Below are positions 11,643 through 24,066 of a stretch of DNA of 64,000 nucleotides, piece after piece (the first letter of the stretch is position 1; each line of letters opens with the position of its first letter). Location: contig OZ316899.1 in assembly GCA_973895155.1 (NCBI GenBank), positions 829,573-893,572 of the forward strand, given 5' to 3'. The DNA is from Marsupella aquatica (taxonomy: Eukaryota; Plantae; Marchantiophyta). The notes below the pieces were generated by a model. That model was not told the DNA's origin, did no database searches, and saw nothing but the letters and a program-made list of their open reading frames with translations. Position numbers and translations under genes: made by a program.

Positions 11643-13600
11643 AGTTTTGCATATTGGAAGTCATTAGCTGATAGGGTGGCAGACCCAAATGATTCCTTCA
11701 CCTTTGATAGGACAGGTTTGACCAGGTGGAGTATACTAGCCACTTTGCCCTATTGGTCTGAGTTGAAGATCCGTCATCTCTTAGAGATAGAGGGAAATGT
11801 GGGGAAGGCTTTGATAAAGCATTTTTATGGGGAGAAGGACACTAATTTTAGGGAGGCATGCGAGGAGATGGAAATGCATCCAGATGTTTGGGTGACAATT
11901 GATTCTATCACAGGTGTGGAGAATCGTCCTTCTGCTCCTTGGGTGTTGAGTGTTGGCCAAAGACGTGAATTTTGGAACCGTATAGGAGAGATGTGGTTTC
12001 CTACAGGCTATGGTGCCAACCTTCATAAAGTTTTTGGGATGGAGGACAATCACAAGTGGTCACAATATCTGAAGACACATGACTATCATCGCCTATTGCA
12101 ACATATATTGCCAGTGGCAATTATAGGTATAGGGAGTGAAGAAGTGCAAGATGCTATCTGGTCATTGGGTTGTTTGTTGAGATGGATATGCTCAAAGGAG
12201 ATATATGTAGAAGAGATCCCTGGGATGGAGGTATTGACAGCTGAGGTGGTATGCAAGTTGGAGAAAGCCCTCCCTCCTTCCTTCTTTGATTGTCAAGCTC
12301 ATTCACTTGTGCATCTTGTGCGGGAGGTTGCCATTGCTGGTCCAGTGCATTGTAGATGGATGTATTGGCTTGAGCATTACATGGCAGTGTTGAAGGCTTA
12401 TGTACGTAACCGTGCATGGGTGGAAGGAAGCATAGCTACAGGATACTTGGCAGCAGAGAGTATGTTTTATTGTAGTAACATCTTGGCCACCATTGATCCT
12501 ATTTGTCCACATACTTGGATGGAGGAGAGAGAAGAGGAGGAGGACCGTTTAACAGGTGCCACAAAAACACGCATGTTGACATCAAAAGAGTGGTCATAGT
12601 TGACAACATTTATGTTGAGTAATAGTAATATCATGGATAAATGGAGAGAGTTTTATGATAATGCCAAGAGAACAAGTCAAAGGGCAAGAATTTTTCCTAA
12701 GATGCATGAGTATATGAAGCAAAAGCTGCTTGAGTTGGATGACATGGTGACACAAGGAGAAGATGTGTCCCACTTTCCTACTATCACAGATGACGTCCGG
12801 ACCATTGTTCATGGCCCTTTGAGAGTGGTGACATCCAAGACGGCTATGTGGACACAAGGGAGACACTTCAGGTCCACTAGTACCTAACCTTTCTTCCTCT
12901 ATTCATGTAGACCATATTTTGATTAGTTATTTCTATTGTTTAAAAAATTTCTATTATCATTAATGACATCCATAACTGTAATGTTGGCTTCTATATTTAT
13001 GCCATGGGTCATGCGGGTTTTGGCTAGTTAGGGATGGGTGTCATATTTTGAGGATTATTACATTAATGATGTCTTTTGTGTAATAAAAATTTGTGGGTTT
13101 TGTTAATTTCAGGGTTTCTTCCCTTGATGAGAAGAGGGGTCGTACTTTTGATTGTGGAGTTCAAGGGGAATTTTCTCAGACTCCCAAAGCAGCCACCATG
13201 ATAGGAACATTGTTAGAGATGTTGTGCCACAATATGGGAAGATAGAGGAGATCTTGGTGGTATCATATGACAACCATTCAAAGTTTGAGGAATATGTCTT
13301 CAAGTGCAAGTGGTTCAAAGTGAACCTTGTTGGTCAAAATTGCACTGTACTTCAAGATGAGAGTGGGTTTACACGGTTGAAGACAAGTGCCACTAGTGTT
13401 CAAGCATCTCATTGACAAACATTAGAACCATTTGCTTTCCCATCACACTTGGAGCAATGTTTCTACATTCCATACCCCTTAGATCCAGAGTGGTCAATTG
13501 TCATCACCTATGTGCCACGTTCTTGTTCCATTGTTTCTGAGAAGCCAAATGTTATTGTATCAGACCTAGATGACCTTGAGGCCGATGAGGACCAAGTGTG
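11643..13600 (+). pseudogene. tnpD: CACTA TnpD transposase C-terminal part (DUF4218 and DUF4216 regions), 5'-truncated, disrupted
   Basis: VCKLEKALPPSFFDCQAHSLVHLVREVAIAGPVHCRWMYWLEHYMAVLKAYVRNRAWVEGSIATGY is the DUF4218 signature; YGKIEEILVVSY...VFKCKWF is DUF4216-like. Stop at 12599; probable intron 12880-13112. Confidence 0.9.
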
Positions 13601-13999
13601 AGGGACATATTTATATGCACTTGGGTCCAGCCTAGACATTTGTTCATGTTATATTTGATTTGTTCATGTTTGGTAATAAAAAAAGAAGTATTGTCTATAT
13701 TTATATTTGCTGTTCACTTTTAAATGAGTCATACTCATGACATATGTATTGTATTGTTTTATTGTGATCGCTTGTGAATTTTACATGCAACTTTTGATCT
13801 AACCTCTGTTGCTCAATTGTCACCCTAGTGTTTCCCTCCTCCATGGTACGTCTGTCCCTCCTCCTCTTCCCTTCCTCTTCCATTGTACTCCCTCCCTTTT
13901 CCATCCTTCATTGTACCTCCCTCCATCCTCCCTTCCTCTTCCCTCTTGCCCCCTCCATATATTGTACCATCCACCCTCTTCATTCTCTCACCTCATAAT

Positions 14000-14510
14000 A
14001 ATCTTAATTTTTAGTTTGCAAACAATTTGCAAAGCTCATAACATCTCACCAGACTTGCAATATCTATGAACCTGCTCATTTCTCAATTTTCCCATACGAT
14101 ATGCTTTGCAATGTTGTGATGGAAAATGTATCACAACTTTCATATTTTCAACGTTTCGCAAACCTCCCATCCTCCAACCTTCTTAAACTTGTCAAACAAC
14201 TACTCTCGCAAACAATTTTCAATCCAAACTTCTTTGCAAATATTTATATCAATTGGTTTTGGAGTTGGCGAGCAATTTCGGCGTCTTCAAAAGTCGCCTT
14301 TCCATTTGGCGTGTTTTGGTACAACTTGCAAACTCACGTACTTTGCAACTTATTAGCAATATAACGCGCTTCAAATATTATATTTGCAATAGGGATAGAA
14401 TCGCAAAATGCGATTTGGGTTGATTTGAAAAGTATGCCAAGAGCCGCCCATAAAAAATGCAAGAGCGTCAACAAAAAGACCTTCGCAAAAGTGTCAAATA
14501 TGTTGTAGTG
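14000..14510 (+). mobile_element. 3' subterminal region and TIR of the TnpD-bearing CACTA element
   Basis: Ends ...AAATATGTTGTAGTG at 14510 (reverse complement CACTACAACATATTT). Many (T/C)TTGCAA/TCGCAAA subterminal motifs. The adjacent LTR is truncated exactly here. Confidence 0.8.
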
Positions 14511-15139
14511 GTTCAGTCTCTCAAGGGAGCTTGCGTTGGGGAGGCAAGGCCAAGTAGGCATGGAGGTTGAGTTCCAAGGGCACTTGGCCCCTAGACCATC
14601 AGCAGAGCGAGAACCATGAGTTGGTTGCTAAAGGCGGGGTCATTCTGGTCCCGGCATATTGAGACAGTCTTGGGACAAGCTTTAGAACAAGCTACGCTAA
14701 ATTGGGCCATGAGCATGTCTTGGGGGCAGGGCGGTCAGTTGGTGATGGATAGGTACAAGAGGGAACCCAGGCTGCGCCCAAGGAAGGAGCTATTTTGGAC
14801 GAACAATGGGCGTCGGTTCTGGTTCCGGCTTATGGCATCGGGAGGACCTATTGTTGATCTACTTACCAATGTCTGTTGAGCTTGAGTTAGGATGCTAGAC
14901 TTGGGAGATCTAGATCCTGAAGGGTTATTTACCAAGATGCTTGGTTTCTTGTGCAGATAGTGAGGACCATTGAGTTGCGGTCGTGTTGGAGAGCAAGTGC
15001 GGGTTCGTATAGGAGGGGCCGCTGGTGGTGCAAGGGGCACAAGGTTGTTTGCTCAAGGTATTTTGTGGAGGCTTTCAGGCACCAGGGGCACTTAGGCATG
15101 GGTGTTGGTATTGGTGAGGGCGCTGGGTGGCAAGGTCCA
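14511..15139 (+). mobile_element. 5'-truncated LTR of the chromovirus family
   Basis: Co-linear with the reverse complement of 20814-21450 and ends ...GGCAAGGTCCA. The 5' part is replaced by the CACTA end. Confidence 0.9.
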
Positions 15140-15142
15140 CCA

Positions 15143-15479
15143 CTAAATTGAAACTGACTTCGAGTTACAATCTGGAAGGCAATGGGAAATCTGAAAGAGG
15201 GCACATTCAGATTGTGAGCGCTTTGGCAAAGGCTTGCAATGGAGATTTGGGCAGGTGGTCAAGCCTTCTTCCACTTGCTCTGTTTGCTGATGGGATGACT
15301 TGTAGCTTAGTGATTGGATACGTTCCGACTGAGCTACTTACTAGGCACTTACCAATGATGTCACATGAAGAAGATGTTTGTGGCTGGCGACTGGTTGGTT
15401 GGGAAGACAAAGTTTTGAGAGAGGAGTTGTTGGCCCAAAGGATTGAACACTTCAATTTGTTACCTGCTAAGATTGAGGT
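15143..15479 (+). pseudogene. pol: Gypsy (Tat/Athila-like) integrase C-terminal fragment, left half
   Basis: TSSYNLEGNGKSERGH...LLPLALFAD...REELLAQRIE...KIEV; resumes at 20608. Confidence 0.8.
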
Positions 15480-16634
15480 TGTCGTCGGGGTGGACCACAG
15501 GGAAGCAACAAACCCAACCCAGGATTATGTATCAAGACCAGTCTTCTCCCTTGATGAGTGTTGTGCTTGACTTAAGATGAGCAAACTAACTTGGTACACT
15601 AGCTAACAATCCTCTTTCGAGTGAACCCCTCTATAGTCCTGGGTTACTAGGCTTCACACCAACATAGACTTATTACCACTAATATTTCCTACGACCCTTG
15701 CACTACTACTATTGCATGGAAAGCCCCTCGAAGATTCAAAGGACTTACCCACCATTGATCAAAAAGTGGTACCAAGGCACAGATTAGAAGGCATGGCTAT
15801 GCACAGTTCTTGTGGTCCTAACCTTTGATTTCAGAACCCTTTTTACAGGCTTCCGCACCCGATGTCCTATCATGATGGTATCCGGACCAAGTATAGGGCG
15901 GTGAGTTTGGCCTGGGTTTCTCCTGGGCGTCCACTCAGAGCACTCTACATCATCCAAACCTCCACCGGGTACCTCTCCACTTTGACCACGGGGTCACGAG
16001 ACAACACTCAATAGCAGAGGTGAGCTTTCCGGCAGTATCCAAACCACTCGGGGGATAGGGAAAAAGGGGAGGCTACCTCTTTTCCCCTTAGCTACCCTCG
16101 GACAGCGCGTACTCTACCCGATGCAATCTATAAAAGGCCTTCATCCGATGGGTGATTCCATAGGACATAGACAAGAGACAAAGCATAGGGTTTAATTTCC
16201 AGCTAGACCCCTAAGCTCACTTTGACATTACAGCTCTTCATCCTTACTCTTGTTATAGGCGAGACACATAGCCATAAAATGGTCTAGCTCATCCGACCTT
16301 GACACTGGTTTGGACAGTCTGCAATATAGGGGGAAATAGCCTCCTATTGTCACTATCATTAGTATCCAAACCTTACTTCCTCAACGACAATCTCCATTGG
16401 GAATTCAACAAGAACTGACTTATCAGAATGAGAAAAGAACATTGCACATTAACGCGGTTCTACTTGCAAGAATGCATGCCATGTAATTGAATAATGTTCC
16501 CCCCTCTCCACTTCAGTCTAGGGGTTTAAATACTTTACAATTGGTCCTAAGAATGGGGCAATGGCCACCTTGATCCTCACGGGCTATTTCCTCTTCCTAA
16601 CCTAGTTCTATTTGCCGATCCTTCAACCTTCTTC

Positions 16635-17060
16635 TCAAGCGGGCGACAACCCTAATTCTCTTTCATGCGCGGCCTCCCACTCGGCTGCCACTGCATCAAT
16701 TTGACGGCATGCCCAGCATTGGCAATGCAACTCATTCCGCTGCCTTAGGCGTCGTTCTTCCCTTTCCCCCAGCGTCTCGCCTGTGATCGCCCACCAGTTG
16801 TGGTATTCTTTGTAAACGTTAGTCTCCCACTCCTCCTCCAACTTGATATCTTCATCCACAGTGTCAGAATTGGGTTGGTATACCATGATGTACGCCCAAG
16901 TATGCGCTGGTGGTCCTCTGCATCTAATTATGGGGTCCTCCCCCTTCAAGAACTTCACGTCTATTAACAGATTGTACATCCGCACGGCTGCTGGCCCCGC
17001 CCGACTAAACAACTTCCACATAATCATACCTTTAAATTGCATCTCCCCATTAAGACCCAC
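16635..17060 (-). CDS. Hypothetical protein with C-terminal HCQCWAC motif (possible metal binding)
   Basis: 141-aa ORF inside unit B; no recognisable family. Confidence 0.4.
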   Translation of the reverse strand: MGLNGEMQFKGMIMWKLFSRAGPAAVRMYNLLIDVKFLKGEDPIIRCRGPPAHTWAYIMVYQPNSDTVDEDIKLEEEWETNVYKEYHNWWAITGETLGEREERRLRQRNELHCQCWACRQIDAVAAEWEAAHERELGLSPA

Positions 17061-17084
17061 ATCAACCTAGCTTGCTCGTCCGGA

Positions 17085-17777
17085 TCAATCCACTACCTCA
17101 ATTAAGGAACGCGCAAAACAGTACCACTGGAAGTAACGGGGATCCGCAAGTGAATGTCCGAAAGGATATTGACGTGTAAGGGCATTTATCCATTGCCTAA
17201 GTTGAGCCATAAGGCTTAATGGTGGGTTGTCCTCATGCTGGGGCAGCCGCATCCAAACCCGGGGATCATGCTGCCATATCAAATGATATACAGCTATAGG
17301 GTTGGTCCCCAAGTATATACCAAACCCGTCCTCATCCACAAGTTCCCAGAAAAACTGGTGTGGCGTCCAGAAGGTCGCAGATCCAAAGTAATTTCCTAAT
17401 CTATGATTATGTACACTCGCTTCTAACCATCTAATTACATTCTCCGTAGGGGTTACCCTTTCCCAAAATGATGTCTTCTCCCAAATACCCACACGTAAAT
17501 CAGTCGGATTGAAGGGAAACTTGTTAGTTTGGATAGTATCCCCCGCACAGGCCACTACGGCTGGATCCCTACCTAGCGAATAAAAATGAGTCATGGCAAT
17601 GTGATTGAATTGGGGTAAGATAGGAAGATCTATGAAGCTCACCCACTCATTGGATACTATAAGGTGGAAGGTAAAGTAGGGATTGAAGATCATGCACATG
17701 CATCTCGTTCCTCTCTGTATTGTGCCATCTTGCCGTCTGGAGAAAGGTAACCAGACGAGGGAGTGTATACTTCCCAC
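17085..17777 (-). CDS. Hypothetical Trp/Phe-rich protein
   Basis: 230-aa ORF inside unit B, in tandem with its neighbours on the same strand. Confidence 0.4.
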   Translation of the reverse strand: MGSIHSLVWLPFSRRQDGTIQRGTRCMCMIFNPYFTFHLIVSNEWVSFIDLPILPQFNHIAMTHFYSLGRDPAVVACAGDTIQTNKFPFNPTDLRVGIWEKTSFWERVTPTENVIRWLEASVHNHRLGNYFGSATFWTPHQFFWELVDEDGFGIYLGTNPIAVYHLIWQHDPRVWMRLPQHEDNPPLSLMAQLRQWINALTRQYPFGHSLADPRYFQWYCFARSLIEVVD

Positions 17778-17974
17778 AGTTGGTTTGGATCTCCCTTGCC
17801 GCCCAAGACTTCATAACTACTTCTACTAAATGAAAGACCTTTCTATGTAATGCTAAGCTATAAAACCAATGAACTTTCCGTGCTAGAGAGTCAGGATGCG
17901 TGGTGTTTGCATTTGCCATTAGCGCTATGTAATGAGGGTGGCCAGCGTGATCTCTCTCTCTAGTTTGGATAGCA

Positions 17975-20267
17975 AGATTTATGTGACTCTGTTGTTGGCC
18001 CTTCCTCCTAATCTAAAGTATAAGTCTTTGGGTTGGGTGAACCTTATAGCTCCTGACCACTCAAAGAACGACAACATAAACCTAATTTGGACCGATATGT
18101 CATACCATATCCGCTCACAATCGTCCCGACAAATGGCCCACTTGTTAATCCCTGCTGCAGCTAAAATAATACAAAGGGTTTCTAAACCCATAGCTTCATC
18201 AATTTCAATAGCATTTCAGGATGCTATCTTCTATCCCGTGAATACTCTCCACAAATTCACGCTCACCTTCTTAAGCTATTCCAACTTCTTCTTGTGCACC
18301 AGATCGGCTAGTGCCTCCTTCAATAATTTAGAAGTCGTGGCCGCCTCATCTCTAAAGCTCTGTACTTCTAGATCCCAGGCCTTGTAGGTGTCCTTCCGGA
18401 TCCAAACCACCATACTGCATTGCTGGATGAGCTCTTTACTAGCTACATCTTGCAGCCATTTTGTCCTCTCTCTCTTCTTTCTTCTTTTTCTAATGCAACA
18501 ACATATGCCTGCTTCTCCTCTAATTGCCCTTATAGCTCACGATTTGTTTTCTTTGCTTCTTGGAGCTTCTTCTCACACTCCAAAGCCCCGAGTCTAGCTG
18601 ACGCCTCCTTGGCGAGCACTTCCGCAGTTTTCCCTTGCGCAGCCAGCTGTTCGGACAGCTAGATTGCCAACTGCTCTCCTTCTCCTACTCTCTACTCCAA
18701 TCGTTCAATTTCCCTCTGCAGCTCGTTGGCCTTCTGTTGGGATACAGAGCCACACAACGCATGTTGGGTGGTCACCTCCTTATTATTGTCTCTCCTTATC
18801 TAGTAATTCTTCCATTTCCGTCAGTTGCTTCATCATGATCTTGTTAGATGCAGACTTCTTCTATACTTTCATGAGGAGTTGCTCAACCTTCTCTTCTGCT
18901 ACTCTCAACTTTTCTTCATCATGGGTCTTGCCCTCGGACTCCATGACTATTATCCTAGCCATCGCCCTGGCCTCCTTCTAATCCCTCAACCAACAGCGTA
19001 GGTCCTTGGTGTTGGGGATTGACTTCCCTATAAAAGCCAGGCACTGGGCAAAAGTCTTTAACTCCACAAGATTGGTAGTGTTCGGGAGTTTGGACAACGT
19101 GGGTTGTTGGAAGGTGGATTCCCTCCTTTCTTCTTCCTCTTCTTCTTCTTCTTCATCTTCTTCATTTGGGAGGTTCACCGCCCTCCTCTTCCTCTTGAGA
19201 CTCTTACAACATTGCTCGGCTTGCTTGCTCAGGTACCGTAGGGCCTTTGCTCCTCCCTTGCTTTCTGCATCCAAATTTAGGGGTGCTTCCCCTTTGTCTT
19301 CCTCTCCATCGTCCTCAAAGTCCTCCTTGTTGTACTCCAGGGGATCCACATTGACGTTGGCTTTGGATCCCAATGCCGTTCCCATTTGCGTTATCCACTG
19401 GGCCTCTACTTGATCTTTTGGCTCCGATTCATCTGAGTCCAAATTGTCCAGTGGGGCCCTACTGATTGCCTCCTTAACACCAAACACATTGTGCACTATA
19501 ACCCCCAACTGATATGCTAATAGCGACGGGAACTTTGGACAGCCCTTTGAATTGATCATAGCGGATATACTTGTCTTCCATAATTGAAGTGGATGGAGTC
19601 ATCCCACAAAACAAAGCTATCGCGACAACAATTCTTGGTAATGTGGCGTGATGGTATCCGCTCTTAACCATCACCCACTTGGTGCAAAATTCTGTGAAGT
19701 TCCGATACTCCTTCTGCTAGATGGCTCCATATTGCATGTTTCCTTGGTTTATCCGGACCTCTATCTGCTGCAAGAAGGCTGCCACACCCTCCTTCTTGAT
19801 TGGGTCTACTTGGTAAGTGAGCGGCAATCCCCCGCCCTGGGTAGTCCGAACATGTCACATAGCTTCGGATCAGAGAAGGTATAAGTCTTCCCCTTGTATG
19901 TAATAAACATCCCCTTGGGTGACATTATCACCTTTGTAATCCACGAGCAGATTTCTCCTGCTTGAGAGGTCAATAGATAGCGGTCCATCCAAACCAAGCC
20001 ATAAATTTTGGCTCTGTTGAGTATTGCTCGGCTCTTCTCAATACGTTGTACCTCCGTGATGGAATTGCATATCTTCTCCTCTGCAGACAGAGCTCCCTTC
20101 TTGTTTTTAGCCGGGGAACGTCTGCTCTCCGTGCTCCTGATCCCTCCATCTTTGGTTGATGAAATTAGTAATGTAAGTGAGGAGTGAGTGGGCAGTTGCA
20201 CCACACTCCAGTGTATGCTTTCGTTGAGAAGGAGGGCCGATGAGTGCGCAAATTCTTTGTGAGGCAA
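17975..20267 (-). pseudogene. Disrupted accessory gene: plant-transposon-protein-like N-terminus, acidic linker, coiled-coil region
   Basis: Fragments 19806-20267 (..TFSDPKLCDMFGLP..), 18978-19559 (poly-Glu), Lys/Glu-rich coiled-coil frame ~18000-18970, and 17979-18191. Multiple stops and frameshifts. Confidence 0.5.
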
Positions 20268-20607
20268 ATCAAGCTTGTCTCTCTACCTTAAGCTCAAAGG
20301 ATTTCCTGCTTCAATTGGTCTATGAATGTCTGGAAGGGCGGAATGGTCCTTGTCTTGTAAGCGTCCGGTGTCTCGGTCAAGCGCCCCATTGATGATGGCC
20401 CTAATTGTGGTATTATTCTGGGGGCTACTTATGATTGCCTTCTACTCATGCCTTAATGAAGGCACGGGACCTGATGTGGTTGTGTACGCAGCTCCCTCTT
20501 GTTACGACTGGGGGCAGTACCTTAATTACTATTTATGGCTATCCCAATTGTATTAGGGTAATAATTGTGCTTTACTAAAACAACAAAAAAGGATTGGGAT
20601 CCGCATA

Positions 20608-20813
20608 GAGGTGGCTCGAAAGCAATTGAAGATGGCAAGGCTAAGGAACAAGGCCAGGTTTGACAGGATTCATTGGTTGAGGCTAGTCCTGTCTTGGTTA
20701 AGGAAGGGGATTGGGTTCTGATTTACAAGCTAGAGCAAGTTTGCCGAGCAACACTTGAGCCAAAACAAGTTTGCTTGAAGGTGGCAAGGTCTGTATGTGG
20801 TGGTCGTTAGCAG
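20608..20813 (+). pseudogene. pol: Gypsy integrase C-terminal fragment, right half
   Basis: EVARKQLKMARLRNKARFDR...KEGDWVLIY..RWQGLYVVV-like sequence, interrupted at 20814 by an LTR. Confidence 0.75.
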
Positions 20814-21644
20814 TGGACCTTGCCATCCAGCACCCTCACCAATCCAACACCCGCGCCTAAGTGCCTCTGATGCCTAAATGCCTCCACGGAATACCTCAGG
20901 CAAGCAACCTAGTGCCCCTTGCACCACCAGCGGCCCCTATCATATGAAGTCGCATTTTCTCTCCAACACGACCGCTACTCAACGGTCCTCACTGTCTGCA
21001 CAAGAAACCAAGCGTCTCGGTAAGTAACCCTTCAGGATCTAGAACTTGCCAAGTCTAGCATCCTAACTCAAGCTCAACATACATTGGTAAATAGGTCAGC
21101 GATAGGTCCTCCCGATTGATGCCATAAGCCAAAACCAGAACCCACGCCCGCTGTTTGTCCAGAACAACTCTTTCCTTGGGCACGGCTCAGGTTCCCCCTC
21201 GTACCTATCCATCACCAACTGACCGTCCTGACCCCAGGACATGCTCATGGCCCAAATAACGTAGTTTGTCCTAAAGCTTCTCCCAAGCTTGTCCCAACAC
21301 GCCAGGACCATAATGGCCTCGACTCTAGCAACCAACTCCCGGTTTGCCCCATTGATGGTGTAGGGGCCGAGCACCCTTGGAACTCAACCTCCATGCATAC
21401 TTGGCCTTGCCTCCCCAATGCAAGCTCCCTTGGGAGACTGAACGCCGCTTGGCTGCTATTTGGAAGGATTTGGCAAGCAGGCAAGCTAACACCCGCAAAC
21501 CTCAAGAACCCATGGCGCCCACAAGTCTCCCCATGCTAAGTGCTCCCCGGATGGCCTATCCGGGCCTGGACCATAAGGGAGCTTGGCATCGGAGTCAGCG
21601 ACGCCGGAGCTAAGTGTTAAGGTAGTTAAGGTCCAAGACTTGCA
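20814..21644 (-). mobile_element. 3' LTR (831 bp, TG..CA) of the minus-strand chromovirus
   Basis: Minus strand starts TGCAAG at 21644 right after a G7 polypurine tract (21645-21651) and ends GGTCCA at 20814. Confidence 0.9.
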
Positions 21645-22080
21645 CCCCCCCTTAAAAATGGTCATGTCTGCGTGACCTCAGTAAACGTTTCAGCACGCCT
21701 AGACCACTTTGGGTCTTAAAACATTTATGAGGTAACAAATGGTTTGCCCATAAGACCAATGTAAACCAGGTTGGTGTGCGCAATCCAAACTTAGGAAATT
21801 CCAACCTATCCCACTTATCCAAGTAGGATGCCAGTCCAAGCGGGTAAGCTAACTCCAAACTTGTCGGACCCATTGTCCTCCCCTTGGGGTACTCCCCTTT
21901 GGTTCAAACCAGCCCGCCCACAGATGTACGGCGGGCACCGTCAACTTCCACTCGCAAAAAGCAAATCGGCCACCCAAAAACCTCTAGCACCAACGCAATC
22001 CAACTTTATTCTTAAGAGGCCGAGAGGAGTGAAACCAGGATACAACTCACAAAGGTAGCTGTAGCTGCCTGTACCAGTTC

Positions 22081-23795
22081 TCAACGGCAGTAGGCCACTT
22101 TGCTTACGATAGCTCCAAGGATCTCTAAGGCATTACCCAAATTTTCTTCCGGTTCCCAAGTACTCTCGGCCTGATCATAGCTAGCCCACTTCACCAAATA
22201 CTCTAAGATTTGCCTTCCCAACTTGCGTTTGTAACGGTGGTCCAGAATTGCCTCCACCTCAAACTCCTTTGTGTCCTCCACCAGCATGGCGTCCGGACGC
22301 AAGACCTGATCCCCATTGGGATCATTGTCTTTGACAAATTTCTTGAGTTGGTTAACACGGTAGCTTTTGCCCACGCCCATTTCCTTGGGTATCTCCAACA
22401 CCACCAAAACCGGATTATCCTTGTGGGCCCATCGTATGATGCGATAGGGCCCCACGTATCTAGGAGCCAGCTTCCTACTTATGTTCTCGTGGTATTGTTC
22501 AGGTCTCAACTACAACCAGACGCTCTCCCCAATTGCAAAGCTTACCTGGCGTCAATGTTTATCCCCTTGCTCCTTGTACAAACTTTGGGCAAGGGTCATA
22601 CCCTTGGTAGCCGCTTCCACAACTAGGCGCCGCTCTCGAATAAAATTTTCCATAGAAGGAACCTTGCTTTTTGTCCGCCAAGCTTCCGGATTTATGAACC
22701 AAGAGGGCGCCCTTGGCGTCCTCCCTGTGGCCAACACAAACGACGCAAACCCCGTCGCCAAATGCTTGGAAAAGATATGCTTGGAAAATCCTTTTGATTG
22801 GCCATCGCAAAGTGACGCAAGTAGTCCTCCATGATGCCATTCACCCATTCCGTTTGGCCATTAGTCTCATGATGATACGCTGATCCCCGAGTAAGGTCCA
22901 TTTTGGATAACCGGAAGAACGCCTTCCAAAAATGGCCCGTGAACTTGGTATTGCGGTTGGACAGGATATGATCCCTGATATGATATGGCAATCCCCACTA
23001 TCGGAAGACATTGTCAAACACTAGACCGGCAACCTCTTGGGCCAAAACCATTTTTGTAGTCGGCAAGAAATACACCATCTTGGAAAAACGATCCACGATT
23101 GTTAAGATGGAGTTATTGTCGTAGGACTCAAGTAACCCAACAATGAAGTCCATGGAGATGGACTCCCATGGAGCCACAACTACCGGTAAGGGTTGAAGAA
23201 GTCCTCCTTTTTCCCTATAGACCATTTGGTTCTTTTGGCACAAGTAACAACTTTGCACGTGGCAAAGGACCGATTGCTTCATGTCCGGCCAATACACATC
23301 TCGCGACATATTGGGATACGTAGCAACTTGTCCGCCATGCCCTCCCCAAGGCGAGTTCTGTAGTTTTGCAGAACCTCTAACCTTAGGGACTCTGGGATGT
23401 ACACACACCTCTGCTTGTATTGCCATAACTAGACATTATGCGCGGTATCCAACCCCAACAAAATGTGCCTTACCTTGCCTTGGCTACCCCCATTGCTTTG
23501 CCATTCCTTAGCTAACGTATCATCCCCATACGCCTCGGCCAGAACCTTTGGCCACTTGGATTTGAGGATCGTGATCCCATTGACACGATGATGGTCCTTA
23601 CTCAATAACGCATCAGCTGCCGTGTTTGTCTTTCCCGGAACGTGATGGACTTCAAAATCAAAATCCGCCAAGAACATCTGCTAGCGCATTTCCTTGGGGT
23701 TCAAGCTTGGCTTAGAACTGAAGTACCCGACCGACGAGCTGTTTGTGTGTATTACCACTTTGGGATCGTTCTTAAGGTAAATCTCCTACTTCTTC
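22081..23795 (-). pseudogene. pol: Chromovirus pol: end of RNase H, integrase (zinc-binding, rve) and chromodomain; disrupted
   Basis: PWESISMDFIVGL...IVDRFSKMVYF; GQTEWVNG; FEVEAILDHR...EYLVKWASYDQAESTWEPEENL (chromodomain). Stops and frameshifts. Confidence 0.95.
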
Positions 23796-24066
23796 CTTGG
23801 AATAGGGATTTTTTTATAAAAGTTTTCACCCGCGAAAAACCCCATGGGCGGGGCAAACAAGCCACACGGCGAACAGACCCCCCCAAAGGCCCAGAAAGAG
23901 AGCTAACCGGAACAAAACAGATCACATTTGTCAAAGAAAAGAGCCCAAAGGAAAATGAGACACGCCTACGAGCAGCAGCCCCTAGAAGCCATCACAAGGG
24001 AATAGAGCTGCTCCCACACCCTATCAGGTCCCTGCCTTCCCAACCGGCCTCAGTGAGGAGTCCCTG

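Larger units (their letters stand above)
15480..20607. mobile_element. Unit B: 5128-bp insertion with GAGGT target-site duplication, TG...TA termini, minus-strand ORF cassette, no gag/pol, no paired LTRs
   Basis: GAGGT at 15475-15479 and 20608-20612. The integrase frame joins across the insertion (KIEV/ARKQLKMARLRNKARFDR). Starts TGTCGTCGGGG, ends GGATCCGCATA. Confidence 0.8.

Noticed and set aside
13760-14000. Pro/Ser/Leu-rich ORF 13809-14069
   Set aside because: CT-rich low-complexity tract within the CACTA 3' region.
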